From positions 3,348,001 through 3,412,000 of the forward strand of contig CP158635.1 of the NCBI GenBank assembly GCA_050273025.1: a stretch of 64,000 nucleotides of DNA, in the 5' to 3' direction. The DNA comes from Cenococcum geophilum (Eukaryota). The notes below the pieces were generated by a model. The model did no database searches, had not been told where the DNA came from, and saw only the letters and a list, made by a program, of their open reading frames with translations. Within the stretch, counting starts at the first letter, position 1; every line of letters starts with the position of its first letter. The position numbers and the translations under genes were made by a program. This document shows positions 25,528-40,500 of this stretch, in pieces.

Positions 25528-28500
25528 ATAGCTCTAGTATTTGGTATAATACTATAAAAGATATTTACTAAGTATTTATTATTAAAGAAGAATACAGAGC
25601 TCTTCTTTAGCTTATTAAAGATATCTAACTTTATAATAGAGTAGAGCGTAGATTAGTTATTAAGAATAGCGATAGTTTATATACTATTTACCTCACTATA
25701 CTTAGTAAAGTATTGGTTAGGTAAGTAGTTCTTAATTTCCATATCTATAAGGAGCTATTTAGTCTTATTAACCTTACCCTTAAGATCTTTTACGCCTTTA
25801 TATTAAACTAAAAAGCTTTAAAAGTAGACTATAGTAATCTTATAATTTCTAATATTTCTTATACTTTAACGGAACTTATTATATACCTCTTTTTGCTTAT
25901 TAAGGGAGTGTCTAGTTAACTAGTAATTTAGCTTCTTATAAATATAGCACTTCTTCTAGTAATTACTTTAAAATAAACCTTTATAAGGACCTCTATAATT
26001 ACCTTATAGTTAACATTAATTATACCCTCTTTTATATTCCCTACTACGGCCACTATATATTTAATTAGTCTAGTTATAATCGTATTAGTTAAGAATACTT
26101 AGTTAGGTAAAGTTTTTGGTATAGAACTATTAAGATTCTTATATTTATATTATAGTATCTATAGTAAAGCGCAGCTTAGTATATACTCCTTTAAATATAT
26201 TTATAGGTTTATATAACGCTAAGTTATATTTAGGAACGCTATAGTATACTAAGATAACCTAGTCCCTTAAGCTGTTCTTATTTTAATAAGTTTTAGTAAG
26301 GCTATATTAGATTTTCTAGAGTTTATTAAAGAGTAGTTAAAGGCACTCTAAATAAGTCTTTATTAGGTTAAAAGTAATAACTCTCTAAAATATAGTCTCC
26401 CGCTATTTAGATATATAAAGTTAATAATTTTTATTAGTCTTAAAGTGGGCTCTAGTAAGCTAAAGCATTATATTAAAGTTATAGTTTTTACCTATAATAT
26501 AGTTGTAATAGAATATTACTGCCTATCCCTTTAACATAATAGAGAAGGCGTAGTAGTACTAGTAGCATTAAATTTTAACCTTATTATAACAGTTATAGAA
26601 GACCTATAGTTTTACTTTAAGTATATTATATAATTCTCCTTTAAACTTCTTCTCTTTATCTAAATATACCTTTATTAGATTCGTAACTTTTTATAGTAAA
26701 GGCTTACTAGTTAGCTAGAGTAGAGGAGTTAGAAATAGCGAAGGTAGAGGAAGAGTACCTCTAGGTGGGAAAGTACCTTTAGGTAAGAGAGTAGCGTTCT
26801 AGAGGTTTTATTTTAAATTAAAGTTGCCTTTTAAAAAATATAGGTTAGTTTTAGGTTTTTATAGTTAATATATAATCTTAGCTTCCGTCTATATTAGTTT
26901 TTCTATACTAGTAATAACGGCCTAAATATTACTAGTAATTAGGTTACTATTCTTAGTAATATATACCCTATTCCTATAGAGGAAGTCTTAAAAATTCTAA
27001 ATAATATTAATATTACTAAGTGCCTAGGTATTAGCGGTCCATCCTATAAAATCCTCCCTAAAATATTCCTATAGCTATAAATCGGTATAGTATTTACTTT
27101 AGTAGAATATAATATAGTATAGGAGAAAGCTATTAACTTATTTTATAGTATAAGTTATTATATTAAAGGTAAATTTGTCCTAATTTTTATTAATAAGTTT
27201 CGCGTATAAAGCTACCCCTAGTAGTAAGGAGTCTTCTTAGTTATTTAAAGTAGGCGTAGCTATATTTTTAGAGGGAGGGAAGTATTATTAGCGTAGGGAT
27301 TATTGTTTAGTACGCGTTTATAATATTTATTTGTTATTTAGTACGCATTTATAACATATATTTACAATTATAGGGCTTAGGACTAGTTCTAGCCTTAAAT
27401 CGCAAAGACTTATAAAGCGTATTATTCTGCGTAATAGACGCAAGAATCTATAATCTTAAAAAGGCTTAGGACCAGTTTTAGCCTTTAAATCCTTAGATTT
27501 ATAGAAGAGTTTTATTTAAGGTTTAAAACTAGTTCTAACCTTAAAAGACAGCTTTCTTTAGCACGAGTAGCACTAGTATAGTAGCTTATCTCTTCTTAGT
27601 GGAATACCTAGCTGCTTTATAGTATAATAGTAAAGTTAACCACTAATTAGTGTTGGTTATATAAGGGGATATTACATAGCTACGGTTCGTAGATAGTATA
27701 ATAATTATTATTCTATATTGTTAATTAGGGGGGGCGAGGAGCTTAAGGCTCCTCGCTATACTAGTGCCGCGGTGACACATGACGGCAACTTACCTATATT
27801 CCTAACAATAAGAGATTCTTTAGTAATATTACTATACTATAGGTAAACTTTCCTCTCTATATAATATACCTATATAACTAACTACTCTTAATATAAATAG
27901 AAGAGGGTAGAAGCTTTACTAGTAATTAATATAGAGGCTTAAGTAGGGGAGGTATTAGAGAGGTAGATATAAATAGGGAGGTCCTTATATATAAATATAA
28001 TTCTAATTTAAAGCTATAGATTTCTAAATATAATTATAAATAACCTATATTACTTATTTAAGGTAAAAAGCTAATTAATACTAGCTCTATAAGGCCTATA
28101 TAGTAACTCTATATTATTTAATAGGCCCTTATTCCTTTACTAAGTATTAAAGTCTCCTAGGGTTCTATAGTAAATACTATAGAAATTATAAGTAGTAAAA
28201 TAATAGGGTTTAATATTTAGTATATAATAAGAATTTTTAGCCTATTATAGTAGTAGTGGGAGTACTAGAGGATAATAAGAAATAAATAAAAGTTACTAAA
28301 TTTAATCTTCTCTCTTTTTTACTACTTTTATTTTATTTTATAGTATTTTATATAAGGAGAAGCATAAATAAAGAGGGTAAAATGTGTAATAAAGCCTTAT
28401 AGGAAGTACTACGGTAGACTTGTTAATGGGCTAGGTATATAGGTATAGAATAGTCAACAATATAAATATAATTAGTAGAGTAGTTACCTAATAGATTAAC

Positions 28501-28686
28501 TCTAATTATATTTTAAGATTTACTATAAAGGAGAGAACTATTTAGGTAAAGACTATAGTCCTTTAAATATACAACTATACTTTTAAGAAATCCCCTTTAT
28601 ATATAAGGTACGTGTTATATATATTATATATATATTCCCTTTATATACTGCATATACTATATATAATGTTATCTAACCTTAGTTAC

Positions 28687-31600
28687 TATTAGGAATAAAG
28701 GCAAATAGTCACCATATAAGGCATATTGCCGTCATGTGTAGTAAGTTGCCATTATATACCGCCGCGGCACTAGCATAGTAAGGAACCTTAAGTTCCCTAC
28801 CCCTTTCTTTAAAAAGAAAATAAGAATAATTATTATACTATCTACGAACCGTAGCTACGTAATATCCCCTTATGTAACCAACACTAATTAGTGGTTAACT
28901 TTACTGTTATATTATAGAATAGCTAGGTATTACTAAGAAGAGATAAGCTACTATACTAGTGCTACTTGTGCTAAAGGAAGCTGTCTTTTAAGGTTAGAAC
29001 TAGTCCTAAATCTTAAATAAAACTCTTCTACAAATCTAAGGATCTAAAGGCTAGAACTAGTCCTAAGCCTTTCTAAGATTATAGATTCTTACGTCTATTA
29101 CGCAGAATAATACGCTTTATAAGTCTTCGCGATTTAAGGCTAGAACTGGTTTTAAGCCCTATAACTGCAAATACACGTTATAAACGCGTACTAAACGATA
29201 AACGCGTACTAAATAATAAATACACATTACAAACGCGTACTAAGCAATAATCCCTATACTAATAACACTTCCCTTCCTCTAAAAATATAGCTACGCCTAC
29301 TTTAAATAACTAGAAAGACTCCTTACTACTAGGGGTAACTAAGTACACAAAACTTATTAATAAAGATTAGGATAAATTTGCCTTTAATATAATAACTTAT
29401 ACCGCAAAATAAGTTAACGGCTTTCTCCTACACTATATTATATTCTACTAAAATAGATGCTACGCCGATTTATAACTATAGGAGTATTTTAGGGAGGATT
29501 TTATAAGATAGACTGCCAATACCTAGGCACTTGGTAATATTAATATTGTTTAAGATTTTTAAGACTTCTTTTATAGGAATAGGGTATATATTACTAAGAA
29601 CGGTAACCTAATTACTAGTAATATTTAGGCTGTTATTACTAGTATAAAAGAACTAATATAGACGGAAGCTAAGATTATACGTTAACTACGGAAACCTAAA
29701 AATAACCTATATTCTTTAGAAGGTAACTTTAATTCGTATTAAAACCCCTAGAACGCTAACCCCCTACCTAAAGCTACTCTCCCACCTAGAGGTACTCTCC
29801 TACTTAGAGTTGCTCCGCCTCTACCTCCTCTACTCTAGCTAACTAGTAAGCCTTTATTATAAGAAGTCACAAATCTAATAAAGGTATATTTAGATAAAGA
29901 GAAGAAGTTTAGGGGAGAACTATATAATATGCTTAGAGTAAAACTATAGGTCTTTTATAACTATTATAATAAGGTTAAAATTTAACACCACTAGTACTAT
30001 TACGCTTTCTCTATTATATTAAAGGGATGGGTAGCAATATTCTATTACGACTATATTACGGGTAAAAACTATAGCTTTAATATAATGCTTTAGCTTACTA
30101 AAGCCTACTTTAAAACTAATAAGAATTGCTAGCTTTATATATTTAAATAGCGGGAGACTATATTCTAAAGAGTTATTACTTCTAACCCAATAAAGACTTG
30201 TTTAAAGTGCCTTTAACTACTCTTTAATAAACTTTAGAAAATCTAATATAGCCTTACTAAAACCTACTAAAATAAGAATAGCCTAAGGGACTAGGTTATC
30301 TTAGTATGCTATAGCGTCCCTAAGTATAATTTAGCGCTATATAAACCTATAAATATATTTAAAGGAGTATATACCAAACTATGCTCTATTATAGGTACTA
30401 TAATATAAATATAAGAACCTTAATAGTTCTATACTAAAAACCCTACCTAACTAAGTATTCCTAACTAATATAATTATAACTAGACTAATTAAATATATAG
30501 TAGCCGTAGTAGGGAATATAGAAGAGGGTATAATTAACGTTAACTATAAGGTAATTATAGAGGTCCTTATAGAGGTTTATTTTAAAGTAATTACTAAAAG
30601 AAGTGCTATATTTATAAGAAGCTAAATTACTAGTTAACTAGACACTCCCTTAATAAGCGAAAAGAGGCATATAATAAGTTCCGTTAAAGTATAAAAAATG
30701 TTAAAAATTATAAGGTTACTATAGCCTACTTCTAAAGCTTTTTAGTTTAATATAAAGGCGTAAAAGATCTTAAGGGTAAGGTTAATAAGACTAAATAGCT
30801 CCTTGTAGATATAGAAATTAAGGACTACTTACCTAACCAATACTTTACTAAGTATAGTAAGGTAAATAGTATACAAACCGTTACTATTCTTAATAACTAA
30901 TTTACACTCTATTCTATTATAAAATTAAATATCTTTAATAAGCTAAAGGAGAGTTTTGTGTTTTCCTTTAATAATAAATACTTAGCGAACGTCTTCTATA
31001 GTATTATGCCGGATACTAGAGCCATAGGAGTATCTATAGTAGGAGAACCTTAAGTTTAAGCCCTTTAGTAGCTTAATAGCTCTATTTAAATTAACTATTT
31101 AACAGTAGACTAGTATACAATTTGTTTTAGTAAAGGTACTATAATCTCTTTTAGTACAATTAGGGTTTAAACCCCCTTAGGGTATATTAGTTTTTACGTT
31201 ATTTCTATAAATACCCTATTTCTATTTTATATTAGAGATATAGATAAATTAGGCGTTAAGCTTAATAACTTTAAGAATGTACTTATCTAAGGAGATAATT
31301 AGGTACCTATTATGCGCAAGTAGGGTTACCCCTAGTTACTCCTTTATTAACTAGAAAAGAGTGTTACTTAAAGCTACTTAACTAAGTTAGAGTTACGCTA
31401 ACTATACTATTATTTTAGCCACCTATTTGTTTATTAATTACTTAGGGTTCTTTAGCAAGTAGGCTATAAAGTTAAGGTTAAGGCAATTAAGTATCTTATA
31501 AAGTATTGCTATTAATACTAAATAAACTAGAAGTCCCCTAGCCGATTTAAATTTACCCTTAAGAATAACTATAACTTTAACTTTTATATTATTATTAACG

Positions 31601-34600
31601 TTATATATCTTAGTGGCAAGCTAGTACTCTAAGTTATTAACTTCTTAACCTTTTTTTAAGCCGCGCGTTTTTTAAAAGATATATTAGCTAGAAACGCATA
31701 GAAGACCCTTTAGTTATACTAGATTAATATTTATTTAGAACCCCCTAATTAAATCGTCTATAATATAGGAAAGAACTTCTTATCTATAGAGTTTTAATAA
31801 TAGATAAAGGTAATGGCAATTAAGGTTAAGGAAGTCCCTATTAAGGCATATAATAGTATTAAAAAAGTAGAATAATATTACGCGCTATTATGCCACGTAT
31901 ATAAGATTATCTTTTTAGAACTAAAGAATACTAATAAAGAACTTACCTTATAAATAGCTGTTAAAGCTATTAATAATTCCGCTAGCCTAGATAAACTTAT
32001 ACCTATATTACTAGTCTTTAGCGCCTACCCTTAAATAACTAATAATTCTTTACTATCTCCCTCTATTATATAATAAGCTGAGGCTATTTATAAGGCAATA
32101 AAGGAGGTATAATATCTCTACGCTATATGCTAGGTTAACAATATATTAGAAATAAGAAATAGCCTAAATACCTTAACTACGCTTAATCTACCACTTTAGT
32201 CTAAGGTACGCGTATAGCGTAAAAAAGGAGAATAGTTAGGCCTATACCAACTTATTATAATTAATAGTTAAACTTATACTATTTAGATACCTTACGGACC
32301 TACTTAATTCTATTTAACTATTATTAAGCCTTACTATAAAGATAATAATTCTAAGCCTTTATAGGATGCCTTAAAAGATACCCTAGAAGAGAACTATAAT
32401 TAATATACTTTAGAAGGCGACTACAATCCTAATATAATTATAGTAGATACGCTATAACTATAACGCGGCAGAGGTCGCCCAAAGGGATTATAAAATTACC
32501 AATATCTTATTAATTTTAAAGAACAATTTGTTGCCACTATTAAGAATAGAGTTAAGTTATTAATAGCCTTTATAACAGCTAAAGAGAAGACTGACTTTAA
32601 GCTCGTAAAATAGCTCTAAAAGGAAGGTTATATTATAACCCTAAAAGCTCCTTTCTAAGCATCTAATAAGCAGGAGATTAACGGTCTTATTATAAGAGGA
32701 GTCTTTAAATTTAAGAAGTATAACCTTACTAAGTTTAATAAAGTTTATATCTTTAAGTTAAGAATAGTTAATAAGATTAAGGGCAAGGCTACTAACGCCC
32801 TATTTAAGAAATTAAGGCTTATTATCTAAGGGTACAATAATAATGGCAAAGAGATAATTCTTATATAATCTCCCACGATTTAATAAGCTAGTTAGTAAGT
32901 TATTATTATATTAGCTCCCTCCTTAATAAAGAATAAAATAGTAGTTTATTTACGAGATATTACTTAAGCCTACACTTAATTAGAGACGCCCCTTTAGTAC
33001 TTAATACTAGTATACCTTCTAAAGCAAATTCGCCACTAGTATCCTAAAGATACAATTATAGTTATACTTAAGCCATTATATAGAATCGCAGAGGTAGGAA
33101 CTTACTAGTGGGCTACCTATAGCAAGCACTATAAAGAGAAGCTTTTAATAATTACTTCTATATTTAATCCCTACTTCCTTATTATAACTATAGGAATCCT
33201 ATTTAGAATCATTAATATATAAACTAATAATATAATTATCTTAGGAGATAACTAATTCTTAGCTCTTAAAGAGGATAAGCTAGTAAAGGTAAATCTTATA
33301 GTAAAGCTAAAGGAAAAGCTTAACTTAATAATACTATTACTTTTTAATAGATGCATCCTCTCCCTAAACAAGGATTCCATTACTTTACGCTAGAAGGGTT
33401 AAGGTAAGAAGATTAACGTTATTAACATTAATTCTCTAAAGTAAGGATATGTAGAGTAACGTGCTTATAAAGTTTATATTACTTCTATTTATTAACCTAA
33501 GGCTTTATTTAATCTCTTTATTGCGGCTTAATACTAGGAACTAACTAAAGATAATATTCTTACCCTAAATAAGCGTCTTTTCTGGCAAATAAACCATCTT
33601 AATTAGGGACTACTCTATATGCCTATTAATCTTCCTACTGCTAAGCTCTTTATATTTATTAATAGATTGTTTATAAATAATAAAGATTTTAGCTCCTAGT
33701 TAGGATATAAGATTATTATTATAAACAAATTTACTAAAGAGAATAACTTTATAATCTATAGCAATCTTATCTATTAGAGCTTAACTAAGAGCAAGCGTAT
33801 TACCCGAAGTGTTTTAGCATTAAAGATATATAGAATGGTTAGTGGAGTTAATATAGTAATTACAATTGGAACTACCCTAAAGATAATTATAAATTAACTT
33901 AAACTTCCCGTTATTTCTATAATCATATACACCGACTTATATTCCCTCTATAAGTATTTAGTTAAACTTAGTACCAAAAAAAAGCGCCTTATAATTAATA
34001 TTATAGCACTTTAGTAATCCTATAAGCATTAAGAACTCTTTAAGATTTAATAGATTAATAGCTAAGATAACCCGGTAGATGCGATAATAAAGGCGAACCT
34101 AAATAAGGCACTAGAGACGTTTATTAATATAAATACTCTATATATATAAGTTAAAGGTTAAGTTAAAAGGGAGTCCCTAGAAATTTCTTAGTTATATAAG
34201 GTCTTAAGATATTTAGGAACTTTAACCGGTGGTTAAAGTTATCTAATTGGTTAGATTCTGCAGACCCTAACTTAAACTAGCCAATTAGGATTTTCTATCC
34301 CTAGGATGGAAAATCGCTATTAACTTACTTACCGCTAGCGCCTTAGCGGCCCTACTAATAAGATACCTACCTATAACTTATAAGTAAGAAAACACTATAT
34401 ACTAAGAGGCAAATTTTAGGATAGCGAGACTTATAATACAATGGCAATAGTAAGTAAGGAGGATTAATTTTTATTCCGCTAGTTAAGCGGTATCTATATA
34501 TAGATAGCAACCATAAAAAAAGAGTTGCTAGTGTTGGGAATAAAGGTAAATGGTTACTATATAAGGCATATTGCCGTCATATATAGTAAGTTGCTATTAC

Positions 34601-34728
34601 GTGCTGCCGCGGCACTAGCATGGTAAGGAACCTTAAGTTCCCTACCCCTTTCTTCAAAAAGAAAACAAGAATAATTATTATACTATCTACGAACCGTAGC
34701 TACGTGATATCCCCTTATGTAACTAACA
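28687..34728 (+). mobile_element. Ty1/copia LTR retrotransposon E3, inserted in the 3' LTR of G1
   Basis: 197-bp LTRs 28687-28883 and 34532-34728, TSD GTTAC; degraded RT motifs KPLY(G)IAE(A)GT and (Q)T(DD). Confidence 0.93.
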
Positions 34729-35048
34729 GTTACTATTCCTCATTATATAGCTTTATTAGCTTTATCCTAGACTATACCTAAATTAATTAACTAGCTTCTT
34801 CTAACTTTTCTCTAAGTAGTTATAATATTATACTTAAAGCGTCCGTAACACTATCTTCCTTCTCTTTATCTTTATCCTTAAAGATTCTAAATATCTCTAA
34901 GTTATTTACTAGAGATGTAATGTCTATCTAATTAATTTAGTTAATATCGTTGCTTATTATACCTAAGGCCCCTTCCTCCTTATAGGCGCAACGTCGTGCT
35001 CGTACTATTACTGCGATATTATTTCTAGGTAAGATTATACTATCTCTA

Positions 35049-35159
35049 TATTCTTATTATTTAAAAAAGGGATTAGTTTATATTACGTTAGTAAGCCCAT
35101 CCTTATAGTAACCGTTTTTTTATTTAAAGTGTACTAAAGCAAATATTTATTCGTCTTAT
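35049..35159 (+). pseudogene. Zn2Cys6-like motif relic of an antisense ORF of G1
   Basis: In-frame TAT/TGT codons spaced C-x2-C-x6-C-x13-C-x2-C-x8-C; the fifth is still TGT (35130-35132); same spacing in G2. Confidence 0.6.
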
Positions 35160-37531
35160 AATATTTGCTCTATCTCTAATACTAAATATATATAACCTAT
35201 TATTTTTAATAGTCGTCTAGTTCCTTAATTAATTTATCTTAGGGTCTTATATTTAATCTACTGTTATATAGCTAAATAGTAAATTATCTTAAGCCCTTAT
35301 TAAGTTAAAACGTTCTTATAATATAGAGTAGAAGGCCCTTAAAGCCTATATTACGGCGTCTACTCAGTTACTCCATCTTAAAAAGGTTTATAAAAAAGTC
35401 CGTTCTAAGAAGTAAAAACTTATAAATAAGGTTTATAGGAACTTAGTAATAAAAAACGGATTCTCTTCTAACTAAAAAGGAAATAGGTCTAAGTAGTTCG
35501 GCAACTACTTTTCTTAGGTCCCCCTTAGGTAACTTATTCTTTAGCGATCCTTTTTTATTAATACTGCCTAACCTAATTTCTTTTAATACTCCTATACCTT
35601 TTTTATAGCGTTTTTTAGATTCTCTAGTAGCTTCTAGGTAGTCTTATTATAGCCTATCCACTTAACCTTATACTATATTTTATTGTTAATATCCTTATAA
35701 CTAACGATTTTTAAAACTTACTATTTATTTTCCTCTTATCCTCTATATATGTCTACTTTGTAAACTAATAGCTTAATATTTCTATATACTAGCTCTAGCA
35801 TTATAATATACTATATAAGGTAGATTTTTATCTTAGCTAGTAGGTTTAACTTAAACGTAACTAGTAAAATTCTTTACGTAATTTTAAAAGGTCCTAGTTT
35901 AACATAGTTTAACATCTTACTTAGTTGTTAACTCTTAAAATTTTTATATAGTAGCTATACTTTATCTCCCTTCTTAAGATCTGGTCCCTTAGATCTCTTA
36001 ATATTATAGTACCTTTTTATTCTTTTTTATACTTTCTTTACTAATTCTATAAAATCTATATAAAGATTTATTAGTGTCTTTATCCTTTCTTTAGCTATGC
36101 TACTCGTTTTTTTTACTTACCGTAGTAATAACAATATTCTTAGCTTATATTTATAATTTACCTTAAATAGTAATATACCTATTCCTTCTTATAGTGTTAT
36201 ATTATATATAAATTATATAACTAGTAATAATAATACCTAATTATTCTATACGTAATTAATATAATATCTTAGATACTATTCTAGCGTCTAATTTAATCTT
36301 TCTATTTAACCGTCTGTCTGCAGGTAATATACAGTAAAAATTACTACTTTAACTCCTTACTCCGCTAAGAATACCTTCTAAAATACTACTATAAATCTTA
36401 GATCTCTATCTAATATAATTTTACTTAATACTCTATATCTTATAAATACTTCTTTAACATAGATTTTAGTGATATCTTCTACTAAGATTTCTTCTGTATA
36501 TACTATAAAGTAGCCCTACTTAGTTAACTTATCTACTATTACTAAAATCGCGTTATGCTCCTGTCCAGTAATAGGATCTCTTAACTTTAGTAGTTTAATA
36601 ATAAAGTCCTATAATATAACCTCCTATAGTCTCTCTAGTATTTTAATAGGTTATAGCCCTCCATATAGCTTATACCTTATTAGTTTATTCCTTTAATAAT
36701 TTAGATACTCCTTTATTACCTTTTTTATAATATTCTAGATTCTATTAATAATATATTCTTCTTATAGCCTTAATACTAAGCCTATTACTCCATTATATCC
36801 TTAAGTTATTCCCTTATAGAAATCTTCTATAAAATACTCTACTATGCTTTTTAGGATATACTTCGCTTCTTAACTCTTATATATATCCATCTATAAATCT
36901 TCTAGCTATATTTTTAGAATTCTTTATACCTAAAAGCTTTCTAGTATCTCGTAGATTCTTTCTAGTTTATTATATCTAATCTATCTATCCTTATCTTTAC
37001 GTAGCATTACTCCTAACGGCTTTTTATTATTTTATAGTTTAGCTTTTCTGCTAAGTATATCTATTCTTATATTCTTAGTTCCCTTAGTATACTAAATCTT
37101 AAAATAGTATTCTATAAGCATCTCTACCTATCTAACTTATCTATAATTAAGTTCTTTTATTATTAGGAACCCCATTAGGTTCTTATAATCCGTTTTAACT
37201 ATAAATAGTTTCTTTACGCCTTATAAGAATACTCTCTATTTTTTAAGTACTATAACTATACCTAATAACTCCTTATTATAGACGTTATAGTTTAATTCTA
37301 ATAGTGTTATTTTCCGACTATAATATAATACTAAATACTATACGTCCTTATGCTTCTATAGCAAGTATACTCCTAGTACGTAGTCTAATGCGTCTATTTT
37401 TATAACCGTATCTAGTCTTAGTTAGTAGATTTTAAGAATTAGCTTCTAGGTAAATAATTCCTTAAGTTCCTTAAATAACTTCTTTTACTTATCTCCCTAT
37501 ACTTATAGTTCCTCTTTCTTTATAAGCCTAG

Positions 37532-40500
37532 TGTTAGGAATAAAGGCAAGTGGTTACTACATAAGGCACATTGCCATCACGTATAGCAAGTTGCCGTCAC
37601 GTGCCGCCGCGGCACTAGCGTAGTGAGGAACCTTAAGTTCCTCACCCCTTTCTTTAATACGAATAATAAGAAGAACAATTATCATACTATCTACAAACCG
37701 TAGCTATGTGATATCCCCTTGTGTAACTAACACTGATTAGTAGTTAACTTTACTGTTATATTATAGAGCAGCTAGGTATTCCACCAAGAAGAGACAAGCC
37801 ACTATACTAGTGCTACTTATGCTAAAGGAAGCTGTCTTTTAAGGTTAGAACTGGTCCTAAACCTTAAATAGAACTCTTCCACAAATTTAAGGATCTAAAG
37901 GCCAGAACTAGTCCTAAGCCTTTCTAAGATTACGGATTCTTACGTCCATTACGCAGAATAACACGCGTTACGAGTCTTCGCGATTTAAGGCTAGAACTAG
38001 TCCTAAGCCCTATAATCGTAAATACACGTTACGAACGTGTACTAAATAATAAACGCGTACTAAACGATAATCCCTATACCAATAACACTTCCCTCCCTCC
38101 AAAAATATGGCTACGCCTACCTTAAACGACTGGGAAGACTCCTTACTACTAGGGGTAGCTTTATACGCGAAACTTATTAATAAAGATTAGGACGAATTTA
38201 CTATTAATATAATAACTTATACGGCAAAACAAGTTAACGGCTTTCTCCTATACCGTATTATATTCTACTAAAGTAGACACTGCGCCAATTTATAGCTGTG
38301 GGAATATTTTAGGGAGGATTTTATAAGATGGACCGCTAACACCTAGGTACTTAGCAATGTTAATATTATTTAGGATTTTTAAGACTTCCTTCGTAGGAAT
38401 GGAGTATATATTACTAAGAATAGTAACCTAATTGCTAGCAATATTTAGGCCGTTATTACTAGTATAGAAGAACCAGTATAGACAGAAGCTAAGATTATAT
38501 ATTAACTATAGAAACCTAAAACTAACCTATATTCTTTAAAAGGCAACTTTAATTTAGAACAAAACCCCTAGAACGCTACTCTCCTACCTAGAGGTGCTCT
38601 CCTACCTAGAGGTACTCTCCTACCTAGAGGTACTCCTCCTCCACCTCTACCGCCTTTAGCTCCTCTACCCCAGCCAACCGGTAAGCCTCTACTATAAGAA
38701 GTTATAAATCTAATAAAGGTATATCTAGACGAGGAGAAGAAGTTTAAAGGAGAACTATACGATATACTCGGAATAAAACTACAGGTCTTTTATAACTGCT
38801 ATAGTAAGGTTAAAATCCAACGCCACTAGTTCTATTATACTTTCTTAGTTATACTAAAGGGACGGGCGGCGATATTTTATTACGACTATATTATAGGTAG
38901 AAACTATAGCTTTAATATAATGCTTTAGCTTACTAGAGCCCACTTTAAGACTAATAAGAATTGCTAGCTTTATATATCCAAATAGCAGAAGACTACGTTC
39001 TAAAGAGTTATCGCTTTTAACCTAATAAAGACTTATTTAGAGTGCCTTTAACTACTCTTTAATAAACTCTAGAAAATCTAATGTGGCCTTACTAAAACTT
39101 ACTAAAACAAAAACAGCCTAAGGGACTAGGTTATCTTAGCATGCTATAGTGTTCCTAAGTGCAACTTAGCGCTATATAAACCTATAGATACGTTTAAAGG
39201 AGTATATGCTAAGCTACGCTCTGCTATAGGTACTGCGATACAAACATAAGAATCTTAATAGCTCTATACTGGAAACCCTATCTAACTAAGTACTCCTAAC
39301 TAATATAATTATAACTAGACTAATTAAATATATAGTAGCCGTAGTAGGGAATACAGAAGAGGGTACGATTAATATTAACTATAAGGTAATTATAGAGGTC
39401 CTTATAAAGGTTTATTTTAAAGTAATTGCTAGAAGAAGTACTACGTTTATAAGAAGCTAAATTGCTAGTTAACTAGACACTCCCTTAATAAGTAAAAGGA
39501 GGTATATAACAAGTTTTATTAGAGTATAAGAAATATTAGAAATTATAAAGTTACTACGGCCTATTTCTAAAGCTTCCTAGTTTAATATAAAGGCGTAGAA
39601 GATTTTAAGGGTAAGGTTAATAAGACTAAACAGCTCCTTATAGATATAGAAATTAAGGACTACTTACCCGACTAATACTTTACTAAGTATAGTAAGGTAA
39701 ATGGTATATAAACCGTCGCTATTCTTAATAACTAATCTACGCTCTATTCTATTATAAAGTTAGATATCTTTAATAAGCTAAAGGAGAGCTTTGCGTTCTC
39801 CTTTAACGACAGATACTCGGTAAATATCTTTTATAGTATTATGCCAGATACTAGAGCCGCAGGAGTATCTATAGTAGGAGAACCTTAAATTTAAGCTCTT
39901 TAATAACTTAATACTTCTATCCAGATTAACTAATTAATGGTAGGCTAATATATAATACGTTTTAGCAAGGGTACCACAATCTTTTTTAGCATAATTAGGG
40001 TCTAAACCCCCTTAGGATATATTACGTTCTACGTTATTTCTATAAATACTCCGTTTCTATTCTATATTAGGGATATAGATAAATTAGGTGTTAAGCTTAA
40101 TAACCTTAAAAATATACTCGTATAGGGAGATAATTGGGTGCCTATTATATGTAAGTGGGGTTACCCTTAGCTACTCCTTTAATAACCAAAGAAGAGTGTT
40201 ACTTAGAGCCATTTAACTAAGTTAGAGTTACGTTAACTACACCATTATTTTAGCCACCTATCTATTTATTAATTGCTTAGGGTTCTTTAGTAAGTAGGCT
40301 ATAAAGTTAAGGTTAAGGCAATTAAGTATCTTATAATGTACTACTATTACTACTAAATAAACTAAAAGTCCCCTGGCCGATTTAAGTTTACCCTTAAGGA
40401 TAACTATAACTTTAACTTCTATATTATTATTAACGTTATATATCTTAGCGGCAAGCTAGTACTCTAAGTTATTAACTTCTTAACCTCCTTCTAAGCCGCG

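Larger units (their letters stand above)
13360..27807 (-). mobile_element. Ty1/copia LTR retrotransposon E1 (RIP-inactivated; hosts E2 and the piggyBac)
   Basis: LTRs 13360-13536 and 27651-27807 (TG...CA; 20-bp unit indel), 5-bp TSD ATAAG; internal sequence collinear with E3 and E4; integrase precedes RT. Confidence 0.92.

Noticed and set aside
27813..28384. RIPed sequence continuous with 13140-13359, the original target of E1
   Set aside because: Too degraded to assign as gene or transposon by eye.
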